A stretch of 64,000 nucleotides of DNA. Source: Phoronis australis. Its lineage: Eukaryota; Animalia; Phoronida. The stretch is taken from positions 369,005 to 433,004 of the forward strand of contig NMRA01000138.1 in NCBI GenBank assembly GCA_002633005.1. The letters are read 5' to 3'. A program made the translations under genes and the position numbers. This document shows, piece after piece, positions 10,903-22,532 of this stretch; positions within the stretch are counted from its first letter, which is position 1, and every line of letters starts with the position of its first letter. Below the pieces are notes generated by a model. That model ran no database searches, was not told the origin of the DNA, and saw nothing but the letters and a program-made list of their open reading frames with translations.

Positions 10903-10922
10903 CATGTAGTCAATTGCAGCAC
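10903..10922 (-). CDS. HDC: Hdc coding exon 10, 20-nt microexon (G)AAIDYM
   Basis: AATTTTAG|GTGCTGCAATTGACTACATG|GTAAGA. It is required to bridge the phase-1 end of exon 9 to phase-0 exon 11 and matches the GVATDFM/GLITDYR segment of HDC/DDC. Confidence 0.9.
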
Positions 10923-10949
10923 CTAAAATTACAGCAATTTTTTTCTATG

Positions 10950-11200
10950 TGTTATCATTATCATGATTACTATTATTATTATCATTATTATTACTAATAT
11001 TATTAATAATAATAACAATAACAACAACGACAACATTACTAATAATAATACTAATATTCATTATTACTACTACCATTACCACTACCACTACTACTATCAC
11101 TGTCACTACCAATATCATTATCATTATTATTACATTATCATTATTAGTATTATTGTTGCTCTGACTATTACTATTACTATTACTATTATTATTTTTATTA
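10950..11200. repeat. (ATT/AAT/TAC)n low-complexity microsatellite
   Basis: Runs of ATT, AAT, AAC and TAC/CAC triplets. Confidence 0.95.
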
Positions 11201-11753
11201 TGTAAACCGTATTAGAATGTGAGTCAAAGCACGAGATTCAAAGGACACTATCACTCTTATTGCCGAAATTTTTCGGAAATTCTTGAAGTCATTATTTTTG
11301 CCAGAGCTATAAAAACAACACAATCCGTTGTGTTGTTGTAATTTCACTTCAAATCGCCAATGCTTGCCATTGTCTCATAGAAACTCGATGATATCATGGC
11401 CGGTGTCTGTCATTTAGTTATGTTTAAAATACTTTGTGGTTAACGCGCGCGAATTCGCTCTGCAGCTATTGTGGAGTTCGCTAATGTCTGTCAAGTTTCT
11501 TTTCTCGCCAGAATATCCCTTTAAAATGAGTTTCCGTTCTTTGACAGCGGCATCCAACAAAAAAGTTCCAGTGCTCTTTCAGTTGAAACACTTTAAACAA
11601 TGGTATGTTTGTTTGTTTGTTTTTTTAAGCTATCTTTACTGTCAAAACCGTACGTCAAACGTTTTCCGATAACTAGTCATGACAATTTAAGCATTCTGAA
11701 GCCACTATAAAAAACGTTTGTTTACATGTCTAATTCGTGTTGTTTATAATCAC

Positions 11754-11824
11754 CTGTATTCGCGTGCTTCAAATAGAGCGGTTGAACGTTAAATGTTTTG
11801 TGGAGAGCACCGCTGTTCTTTACC
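11754..11824 (-). CDS. HDC: Hdc coding exon 9 ((W)VKNSGALHKTFNVQPLYLKHANT(G)), catalytic Tyr loop
   Basis: TTTTGTAG acceptor, CAG|GTGATT donor, 71 nt. PLYLKH corresponds to the catalytic-Tyr loop of HDC/DDC. Confidence 0.93.
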
Positions 11825-12881
11825 CTACAAAACAAAAAGTAAAATGAGAAGTCAACTCTAAATCACAGAACATAGCGAGTTGCCATAACAACGCAATTAT
11901 GCCCAAAAGTCTGTTCTTGCTACAGTGAAATCTGAGTATTTTGAAAAAGAAAAAAGACAAAATGAAATGTTTGGCAAAATGAGTCGGTCATACACCATAA
12001 CCTACTTACACTACTTTTTTTGCCTGTGGAACTATGTTAATAAATGCGTGAAAGAAGACTTTCAAGTAGAAATTCATAAATTTCCTACCGAAAGAACGTG
12101 ATGTTAACGATGTGCTTCGCAGGCACAAGAACAACTAAATAATTTACAGTCAAGACGTTGCCTGATCACATTCATTTCCCACAATTCCCAGCGTCTGGTT
12201 ACACCAAGACCGAAACTAGAGTTTTCACACTGCGGATGTGTGAATGCGTGAATGTGACCTACAAACTCCTCGAACCCTCCCAACCCCAGCCAATTTACAC
12301 TAACGCAGTCTACCATCAGGCACTCTTTCACCACAGGTATTTGTAAGAGACCAAATCTCCTCTCTTTTTCTATCCCTTTCCACGGCTCACCGCTATTATT
12401 CCAGTTCAACCTTAGTAATACACCGATCTTTTCCGTTAAACAGGCTCTCCCTTCCAAACAGACACACGTTTGACACGTAAAGTACCCCCAAATGGACCAT
12501 TATCTCTACGAAGTTCTAATAGCTGAATATGTTTCGTCTTTCAGTCAACATCTATAACTACCATCCTGCCAATAACAATGGGAACGACAAATTATGAAAA
12601 CAAAATATTTAAACTCGCTGTATCTTATTCGGAGGCAGGAACGGTTTATGGAGATGTGTAAAACAGAGCTTCTTCCGTATAAACCGTTGATCAATGAGAC
12701 CCTTTGGAGATAGAGGGGATGTTTTGTTCCTTACATGTCAGTCCTGGACGAATGATTAATTTGAGACTTGTTACACTTTCATCCATTTAAATACATGCAT
12801 AACTAGAAAAACCAACAAAATGCTCAAACGGTTTGAATTTGGTTCTGATGTCACGGTAAATAATGTCGATGGGCTCAAAAC

Positions 12882-13290
12882 TGCTTAGAATCATCACACC
12901 ATTTTCACACCAAAAACCCAAAATAACCTACCACTCGATTAGCTGTGGAATTTGAACACTCGCAAACACTATCTGACAATATTTTATTTAGCTGATTTCG
13001 AGTTACGAAACACGCTACGTAAAAGTGGGACAACCAATCAAAAAATTGGTCAGCCGCGATTGTGTTTGGTGTGAAATATCGTCAGATATTTATTGCTGCT
13101 CATTTTCCGTGGTTTACAGTATAATAAGGAATGACGAGGCGTTGCGTTTGTGGCGATTGTGACAATTAGTATTTGACCACACTGTGGCTCTTTTCACTTT
13201 CCCGCGGGATCCCGGAGAAGCGTAAGTTTGTACAAGAAACGCGCGTGTTGTTGACGCTCTAGCGCTGGGTACGTTCATACGTCACACTCA
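12882..13290 (+). repeat. Dispersed repeat family B, copy 2
   Basis: Colinear with 4465-4855 and ends about 50 bp from the exon 8 donor. Confidence 0.85.
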
Positions 13291-13339
13291 TATTTGTCGA
13301 CAATATTACGACGCGTCATATCATCACTACTACACGTAC

Positions 13340-13502
13340 CACATTGCAGTGCAGTCAAAGTTGACCATCAGCCATTTTGAGGGGTTGAATGCGAATGACT
13401 GCGCATGTTCCACGCCCTTCATGTGCACTCTGAACTCCGGACAAAGGAACGCAGAGCCAGCATAAGCGGCATCTACGTGCATCCAAATAGTTTCTCGCTC
13501 GC
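13340..13502 (-). CDS. HDC: Hdc coding exon 8 (PLP site: HVDAAYAG...FNPSKW)
   Basis: CGACAG acceptor, TG|GTACGT donor, 163 nt. Confidence 0.95.
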
Positions 13503-14093
13503 CTGTCGAAAACAAAAGAAAACAAAGAAAGCAATTAATTGAGTTAATTCACAAATTTTATTTTGGCATCAATCACGGATGGTAGCGGTGACCGATAAGT
13601 GAGCCCCCTTCTCGGCCATCGTTCAAGCCAACGTCTTAACTGATTATCAAAAGACAATGCCTGTAAATGCCAGCCACTGATGTTCAGCATAATGAGCCCT
13701 CAGTATACGTCGTTACATTGAAATTGAATTATTGTATGATTGATCGAGCGTCCCTTACGAACAATGTTGTGTCTCGGACGCGACAGAAGTCTCACCAGAT
13801 CTGACTCGCTTAATCGCACGTTTTTCTACTTTTTACGTGATGCATGGTTTGTGTAAGAGGACGTGCGAGGTGTTCTCTTATGGCATAAATGCTTGACATC
13901 AGTCAGCTCTACTTCAAGATGTAATGTAGTGCAATGTGTTTCAGGTCAATGTGTCCCGAGCGCAAGTTCGCCGCGTGAAATGCAACTGAAACGAAAAGTC
14001 AACAAAACAAGAGCGCATTTTCGATGCGCATCTCGGACCGCCACAATTAAAAATAGGTAGATCGCTTCTATAAAATCCAGAAGTCATACTCAC

Positions 14094-14160
14094 AGATAAT
14101 CCCCAGCTCTTCCAAATTATCAAAGGCGCACGCGCCAGTTGTACCGCTTGAAGCGCATAA
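14094..14160 (-). CDS. HDC: Hdc coding exon 7 (LCASSGTTGACAFDNLEELGII(C))
   Basis: TTATTACAG acceptor, T|GTGAGT donor, 67 nt. Confidence 0.92.
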
Positions 14161-14629
14161 CTGTAATAAAACAAACGAAAGGCATCAAGGTGCAGCTTGT
14201 CAGAAATAGAGGATGGAAACCAACCTTTACCACGGACGCGTCCCCTTACCACACACCACAAATACTCTTACCATGAGCAGCATCCTTTACCATGGAACTT
14301 GAACACCAACCACCTCACATCAGACACTCTTACCACTTCAATTTTAGTGCAAGTGACCGAAATGCGCGACCTAGAGTCTAATGTGCTACTTTGTTGGTCG
14401 TTTGCACTAAAACCTGTCCTTGGTAAGAGTGCGTGAGTGCGGTTGATGGTTAGGTTCTGTGGGTAAGGCAACTCTGCGTGATAAGAGTGTTTTAGGTTTG
14501 TGGCAAGGGTGGTTTTCATCGCCCCTGACTCAGACAAAATTATAGCAACTCGACTTTTGAAGCTGTGACAATGACAGATATATGACAATGATAATAAGCA
14601 AAGTTTTAATGTTACGTAAGAACTTATCG

Positions 14630-15115
14630 ACATGCCTGTGTATTTAGCCACATATCTAAAATATTATAAATTTTAATTCAGTTAAAGAGGAAAGCTTGAA
14701 GAATTTTATTCGTGACTTTTTAACAACATGTGATTTATTGGGTCATTTGATCACGTCATTTTGATAAAATTGACCAAAAAAGGTACGTTGAAAGCTGAGC
14801 AACAGTATCAAGAACGTCACCAAATTTCATTTCATACAAAAGTTCATGTTGAAATCTCAAAAACAGTCTACATTTCTCTAGATTATCATTTCATTTGCGT
14901 TTTATGCAACGTTAGATTTTTTCATGAAAATCATAAAATTCATATTTTTAATAGCGTAGCATTTTAAAAACAATGCCGAAAAGCGTATTGGATAACAGTG
15001 CACAAACCATAGTATCTGAAAGTTTTATATACATCCCATTAGCCATTTTGGAGACGTGGTGTTCCGAACTTAGTCAAATCTGACCATTTTTCTAGGGTCC
15101 TACACAATCTTAAAC
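14630..15115 (+). mobile_element. Dispersed repeat family A, copy
   Basis: Colinear with the reverse complement of 21915-22440 and with 2330-2830. Ends CTAGGGTCCTACACAATCTTAA. Confidence 0.7.
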
Positions 15116-15143
15116 ATTTTCTCTTGGAACAACATTCACTCAC

Positions 15144-15287
15144 GTAAAAAGGAATGAGACCGTTAGCTTTATCTTCCTCAATCGCCTCTGCTAGAGTTTC
15201 GCCCCGTAACGACAGCTGTTCATCCGACGGTAGAAGACGCAGCTTCACAAGGCCTATAAGTGTAGCCTTCTCTACTGATGAATGAGC
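15144..15287 (-). CDS. HDC: Hdc coding exon 6 ([19 protein letters not shown]...GLIPFY)
   Basis: TTTCAG acceptor, TAC|GTGAGT donor, 144 nt. Confidence 0.95.
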
Positions 15288-15349
15288 CTGAAAGCATTGT
15301 TACTCTCTAAATGACTATTTTCAGTGTGCTATCATGCTCCTGGTGCCAT

Positions 15350-15600
15350 TTTGTAGTGATAGATAGATACAGCTAGATAGATACAGCTAGATAGATACAG
15401 CTAGATAGATACAGCTAGATAGATACTTTGTAGTAATAGATATTGCTAGATAGATACAGCTAGATAGATACAGCTAGATAGATACAGCTAGATAGATACT
15501 TTGTAGTAATAGATATTGCTAGATAGATACTTTGTAGTGATAGATACAGCTAGATAGATACAGCTAGACACATACTTTGTAGTGATATATAGATACAGTT
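15350..15600. repeat. 14-bp minisatellite (AGATAGATACAGCT)n interleaved with a TACTTTGTAGT unit
   Basis: Tandem AGATAGATACAGCT copies with recurring TACTTTGTAGT(A/G)ATAGATA blocks. Confidence 0.95.
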
Positions 15601-15948
15601 CAGTGACGGATTTGGGGGGGGGAGGAGGCCATGCCCCCCTAAAATTCTCCCAGATACCATTTGGCAGTTCGGGGTGCGAATTGTAGGATATTGCACGAAG
15701 CATAGTATCAGAATGTTTCATAAGAATCAAATCACCCATCTTTGAGATACCGTGTTCTGAAGTTGATCGGCCAAATTTGGACATTTCTCTAGGGTCCTTC
15801 ATAATCTTAAGGACGTGCCCACGAAAATGTTGCCTTAGGCAATTTTCAGTGTCTCAAAACAATTCCTTGTGCCCCCGTCGGTCTTCGAAACGTTGTGTGC
15901 ACAAATCGTAACCCCACTATTTTTGTCTCTAATTATCCAAATGATCAC

Positions 15949-16095
15949 CTGATCAGAACAGTACGCCACGAGCTTAGCGTTGATCATGGCGTCGTCCAGT
16001 TCTTCCCCTTCGTTGTCCAGCAACATCCTGTACCTTCTGATAGCCTCACTTCGTGCCGCCAATAACGCAACGAAAGTAGCTTCGCTTGCTGTTGT
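15949..16095 (-). CDS. HDC: Hdc coding exon 5 (TTASEATFVALLAAR...LVAYCSDQ)
   Basis: ATATAG acceptor, CAG|GTGATC donor, 147 nt. Confidence 0.92.
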
Positions 16096-18088
16096 CTATA
16101 TTGGTATACAAAATTTCACTATAAACTTCCGACAAGCACTAACGACTGGTCACGCCTGTTTCTATCTGGCTACGCTCTCAAAGTCCCACTTCTTAACATT
16201 ACGTAATATCAATTTACAAAGAAAGTAGAACAATTAATAAAAACAAGCTAATTAGCAGCGTTACACATTTGTTAGATTAACGCTGACACTCTGGAGTTTT
16301 GATATAGCAAGTTTACTATTTTACTATCAATCGAACAAACGCAAAATCTCTGTATTTATGATTCAAGATTCAAGATTCAGTTTAGTTGCTGAAAAACTGC
16401 TTTGCCAAGTTATCATGAGCGCATCACAGTTTAGAAATAGTTTATAGAAATCATCTCTGTAACTAGCAATTGTGTTCAGTGAGATTAAAACACTTTTTCA
16501 GAAATAGTTGTGTGGAGGGTAAAACCAACTTAAGTCGCTTTTCATGAAATGACCTCCAGTTCCTAGAAATTATTCAATTTCATTTCAATTCTTATAAGTA
16601 ATTTCTAAACAGTGAATTGCCAGAACTTACGTAATGAGTGTTTCGTTCATTAATAGCAGGAAGACATTGCCTGAAAAGGTCTACTAACAAATCAACGATT
16701 TTTGGCTATTTTCAGACATTAATTGCAGAATTACTGCTTAATGGAGAAGAACACTCATGGCATTAGAAAGAACGGTCATTGTTCACAGAATTTAATCAGG
16801 TTTATTTATTTATAAGGCGTAATTGTGGTTTGAAAACTTTGACTTCACTGCACGCTTTCGGAAATTCCGACACGTGCACCCGAGTATACCGTTTATATAG
16901 ATGGCGCTGACGTCAAAGATAGTCGATGTTGGGAGCACTAATAGAAACGCAGATTCCCAAATTCGTCGCGGCAATATGCAGACGTGATGAGCGGCAGACC
17001 AAGAATTGGAGATCAATATGAATTTGCGGCCATGCTGCTAATAGAACAGTATTTGCCCGACTGACACAATAACCGTCCAGTTTCAAACACAGGCCACTCT
17101 TTTTATGTAATAGGGCTTAAACAGTCGGTTATTAATTAATTTGGCACGGAAAAATACACCACTTTATGGTTTGAGATAAGGCGTTTTAGTACTAAAAGCG
17201 ACAATGACGTCAAAATTTGGTTTCTGTGAAGGAAAAAATGTTTATAAAGGCTTACAAGTAACCACACTACACCATAAGGACCAGGGGAGCTCAGGACCCT
17301 TCCCCTTCCGGGAGACGATCAGAAATGATACCCGGGCATGCCGTTTAATATAGGCTACATACGGAGAGTTTCCGTTTGAAAACTGAGGTTGCTCATTTCC
17401 TTACGTGCTCCACTGCAGGAGCGAGATTGTTAATCATCCTTTCAACCACAATCATCCGTGACCCACTGGCACATTCCTTCGATCACGGACACATCTTTAA
17501 TGGAACATGCCTCAGGCCTAGGGCAGTATTATAATGATTTGGGCCAACAAACTGACGTGGATTTCGGAAACTCGGGCAACTTTTCGACATTCTCATGGAT
17601 ATGTGTACTTGACTCACTGTTTTACATCAGATTTACTCGATTCCCTGAAAACACAGCCCCATGCTTTCAGAAGCGCGTTTACATCCTTCATTGACCAAGC
17701 TGGTATCATGTTTGCCAAATTCAAATGCTAATGGGTCCACTATATGAGACTAGGGGCTGGTCTAAAACACTTCCTGATAATGTCTTCCTGTTTGTGATCT
17801 AATAGCGTAGTGGGAGCGTAAAACAAATTTGTGACGTCTGTGAACAACACTATGCAGAGCCAACGTTGAAAACCATTTTGCTTTGTTTTTAATAGGGCGA
17901 GTTAGCTTTCGTAATTAAATTTACCAAAAGTAATGACCATGTACAGTTCACTGATTGTTTCAACGGGAAGATTCATCGTCAGTTGATTTATTATATTTTG
18001 AAGTTTGCTATTTCGGAGGCGCAGCGTGGGAATTTTAGTGACTTTCATAAAACACTCCTGACAACAAAGATGGCAGCACCAACGATAC

Positions 18089-18211
18089 CTGTATAACACC
18101 GCCCCCTAGCGTTTGTTCGTTGCTGTGTAGAAAGTCGGAAGGGAGACCTATCATTTTCCCTAACCAGTCCATTACAATTGTTTCTAATTCTGTGGCAGCG
18201 GGACTTGAAGC
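18089..18211 (-). CDS. HDC: Hdc coding exon 4 ([10 protein letters not shown]...GGGVIQ)
   Basis: TTTTGCAG acceptor, CAG|GTATCG donor, 123 nt. Confidence 0.95.
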
Positions 18212-19477
18212 CTGCAAAATACATAGACAATGTATTGAGCACATTTATTCAAACTACGATTTAGATCTTTGGTCATCAAGTTGGTCGATCTGTCAACTGA
18301 TGTACCTGCGAACTTGGTTTGAACGTCTGTGAATTCACGGTCAAAGGCATCCTTATTACGACTGAGCAGCAGAGCCAATGGATAGCTCCTACAAACACAG
18401 TAAGACAACGTCCATCATAGTTGCTGTTGCGAAGCCCCACAAGAGCAAGGCAAATATGGCGTAAGTCCCCTGCATACGTACTAGACACCAACCGATGATA
18501 TTTCACTGAAACTTGCTACTGGCATAAAGTCACACAGTCACTAAGGTCCCTGGAGGGAAAATTGACTGTTACACACAGCCGTGTATCCTCGATTTCAAGA
18601 CTGTGAGCTCATTTATGGGTTACTAAATGATTCATATTAACTGAAATTTATTCAGATGTCACCCTCAATTCAATTAAACAGCTAGTTACCGTGGATGACT
18701 TGTACTACACTCTAAGTTAAACTACACGCGTAGGTACGCTGGTAAGCTATTCCATAGAACAACTGACAATAAGAAACACTGTCTTCACCCGATTAGACAG
18801 TGTAAATTTTTGTTGGCGACCATGACGGTCTGGTTGGTGGAAATAAAAATACATAGCACGGAGCCTGAAAGTTTCATATGAATCCAATCAGCCATTTCTG
18901 AGGTATGATGTTCCGAAGTTACCCAAAATTGGACACTTTTCTAAAGTCTTTCGTAACTTTAAAAGTACATCAAGAAGCAGACTACAGATTAAGAATGACG
19001 TCGCGTACGTCTTTTGAGACCTGCTAAGCAGATAGTCATGCTTTCAACTTTCTATAGATAAAATATCTTTGCTGTTCAGGTTGACGTTCGTATGATTGTT
19101 GGAATACAGCACACTACTACGTCATTTTACAACCACCCTCGAGACCGGTGACACTTTCCGCAAGAGAGACGAACTTCTCGACCTGGCTAAGCAAAATGGC
19201 CCGCCACTGATTGCTTGGTGAGGCTAGAGCGGCAAATTAAAGGAGAAAACGTTAACTCACTACTTCCGTTCCATCAATCTGCAATATCTCTCGTTACTAA
19301 TCTCTCGCTAACGACTGGAGTTACGAAACGTGCCCCTGATTTACTTCAACTTTTTGACCCTCATTCAAAAGAAAATCACTTTTCGAGATGTCTTACGAGT
19401 AGCCCAACTAGTTCTTGTACGAATTCAGTCTGAGGCGCAATTGATTACTTTACTACAAAATTCAGAAGTCTACAAAC

Positions 19478-19591
19478 CCAAGTAAATCCAATGCAATTGA
19501 CTCCATTGGATAACATCTCCCCAAGCATAGACGGAAATGACGTCAACGCAGGAAAGTATGCGTGCATGTGCGGACTTTGCCAATGAGTCAT
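19478..19591 (-). CDS. HDC: Hdc coding exon 3 ([38 protein letters not shown])
   Basis: TTTTTTCAG acceptor, TGG|GTTTGT donor, 114 nt. The ORF track does not show this frame. Confidence 0.95.
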
Positions 19592-20634
19592 CTGAAAAAA
19601 GAGCGCAAAAGTTATTTTTTTCTGCTACATTTGTTAAAGCTTTATTTTGCCACTGTTTAGCTGCAAATGTTGAATTCTTAATCGAAGCGTTTTGGGGTTC
19701 GTTTAAAAACATTACCTCGCTCATTATAGCCGAATGAGCCGGCAACGTAAGCCACAAGCAATGCGTACATGCGCCATTTTAGAATCCACAATTTGATGGT
19801 TGGCCAACTCCAATAAACTCTGAAGTATCTTCTTGAGTCGCTGTTGGTTTCAGTGTTCTTGCTTGTAACGGAAATAGAATTCTATCACTGTAAGACTCAT
19901 TATGAGCCGATTTTATGAGAGGAAAAACCCATTTCGATTTTCGTCTACTATACAGGGTGAGATGGAGCTTTAAGTTTTGTTTAGAGTTGCTCGGATTTTG
20001 TACAGTGGTAAACGAACTGTGTTGATCTAAAAGCGTATAATTGTACATCACAGAAATTGTTTGTTTGCTGACTAAATCTCTTAGATGTAGTCAAAAAGTC
20101 TGTAGTAATAGTTCTTAGACAAGAGAGCAATTAGTTTTTAACAACTCAACGAGACAAAATAAGACAAATATGGAGTTTACACTTTCTTTACACTTAATGT
20201 GTCTCTTGGGGAAAAAGGACGAACATATTTTTCGAGATTATTATCGCAACCTAATCATTTCTGATATTTTCAAATGAATATGCTCCCTATTGACTTCAAT
20301 AACCACACTATGCTCAGAGTTCATCGCGGCCGTGAAAGATAACTAGATGTGTCACTATGCACTCTTTGATAATTATATACATACAATGCTGCCATCAAAG
20401 GTCTCTTCACAGAGAAGCGTTATTCCAACAAACAGACATGAAATAAAATGAAATAAAACAACATAAAATGAAACCGACTTTTTTGATTTGCTCCTTCTCG
20501 ATTTATAAAATGGCTAAACGAGAACTACATGATGCTGTTGACGAAGGTCTACTACCATGTTATCAATAAGACAACACGTTCATGAATAATTCAGTTAAAG
20601 TATCTCTAATTGAAATATTAAATCAAAGTCCTAC

Positions 20635-20807
20635 ACCAGGCATAATCACGCGCTCGATATCCTCGAAAATGTTGTCCCACGATTCTCCCGTCTCCGGCGG
20701 TGTTTCAGGCACAAGCTCTCGCATGTATCCTGGCGATACGCCTGGAAATACGTCTCGTTGACGTATATTTTGCAAATAGTCCGCAATGTAATCCACCATT
20801 TCTTTAC
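20635..20807 (-). CDS. HDC: Hdc coding exon 2 ((G)[11 protein letters not shown]...ERVIMPG)
   Basis: TTTTCAG acceptor (phase 1), GGT|GTAGGA donor, 173 nt. Confidence 0.95.
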
Positions 20808-21914
20808 CTGAAAATATTTCAACAAGGATTATCTGCCATTGTTGAGAACCGTGCGTAGCTTCCATTACAAGAATCAAGAACGTTTAGGGTTAAGACGTCT
20901 TGCCAATGTATATTTGTTTAGTTTCTTTGCCACAAATAAGCTGATTTTTGCCAACAGTGTTACTTAAAGGGGCATATTTACTTTTACGGCCGAAAAACGC
21001 ATTTTTGAAATTATTGTTGGAGGGGTTAATATCTAAAGTTTATTACCTTTGACCAGATTTATGAAACAAATAACAAATCAGTTGTTTTTTGTGATTTTAT
21101 AATGAATCACCAATTGTCGTCTATGTCTGACATGCATTTGCTGAAATTAAAGTAGGTGACTTTACCAGATGAATTCGTGGACTGGGATTTATTTACAGTA
21201 GCAGGGTGCTGGACTGCTATCGTTTGGGCTGTGAGTTCGATTCCGCGTTGAGGCTGATTTCAGAAAACCACCTTTTTAGCCGGCAATGTCCCGTCAAAGA
21301 TTGCGCTAATTTTACAACAGTGTTTTGTCGTTATTATTGTTTTTTAGTGGGACGATTGTATTGCCTATCAGGTATATGGCCACCAGATATCACAGCTGTG
21401 TTTTAGTTGGCCACTGTGTGCCGCTGTTTTGTGTGTCTCCCTAGAAAAAGATTGATATTCTCGGACTAGTTTCTTCTGACCTGCATCCATTCCACATTAG
21501 TAGGCTGGACTGAGCATTTTGGAATTTCGAAACTTGGTATATGTCCTTTTACCATGGTGTAGAATCCTAAGAAACGCAAACATGTGCTTACAATATCTTA
21601 CAATATCTTACAATCCCAATGAAAATCACACAAATCAGCAACCCACTTCCCAACAAATCAAAGACTTTTTCTATACATATTTATTGACTGAACAAAGGCC
21701 TATCTCCTTTCATTAAAGTTTGATATGACGTAAGCGTGTAATCGTGAACTTGAAATAATTAAATTGATTATACAGTCATTCACGAATAATGGATATGACG
21801 ACGAAACCATTGGTTGTTTTAAGAATGAAAACAAACCCACGCTTTCTGTCAACAATAGTTTAGACCTCTTGCCCCTACAAAATCCGCCTCATGTGATTTC
21901 CTTCTTAGAATAGA

Positions 21915-22532
21915 AATATGAAGGACTAGTAGAAAAATGTCTAAATTTGACTAACTTCGGAATACGATATCTCAGAAATAGTTGATCGTATTCTTGTGAA
22001 ACTTTCAGATTCTCTGTTTAATGCACTGTTCTCTAAAACGCTGTTAGATATTGCTTTTTGACGGTACCATTTTTCATGAGAGTCTATCAAAAACGACACC
22101 TCTATGATTTTTATGAAAAAATCTGAAGTTGCATCAAACGAAAACGAAATGATATTTTAGATTTCTTAAATAACTTTTGCAACGTTTTTTGCGATCTCAT
22201 CTTGAACATGTATATCAAATAAAATTTTATACTACTATTGATACCGTTGTTTTGCTATCAATCTGAGTACGTTTCTTTTTTGTTAAATTCTACTAAAAAA
22301 CACGGTGACGTTACCCAATCAACGACAGATTTGTAAAAGTAAAACATCAAATTTTACCAGCTCTATACTTTCATAAAACATGTACTTTCGCTGAGTTAAA
22401 ATTTATAGCTTTTTTAATATTTGGCTGAATACACAGACTTTAAAATGAACAGTTCGTGTTTGCCTCAGACAGGTTCGTAGAACTTGCTTGTCACGACGGC
22501 GTATTTTCAGTCGCGAAAGTAATATGGCTATT
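21915..22532 (-). mobile_element. Dispersed repeat family A, inverted copy
   Basis: The reverse complement matches 14630-15115. Its start resembles the element start at 20964 (TTAAAGGGGCATATTTACTTTTACGGCCG). Confidence 0.7.

Noticed and set aside
10022-11205. Long poly-Ile, poly-His, poly-Asp and poly-Met ORFs
   Set aside because: These are translations of intronic trinucleotide microsatellites that are open in several frames on both strands, with no splice or homology support.
15350-15600. Repeat array superficially resembling CRISPR
   Set aside because: Tandem 14-bp units without unique spacers, no cas genes, and located in a eukaryotic intron.
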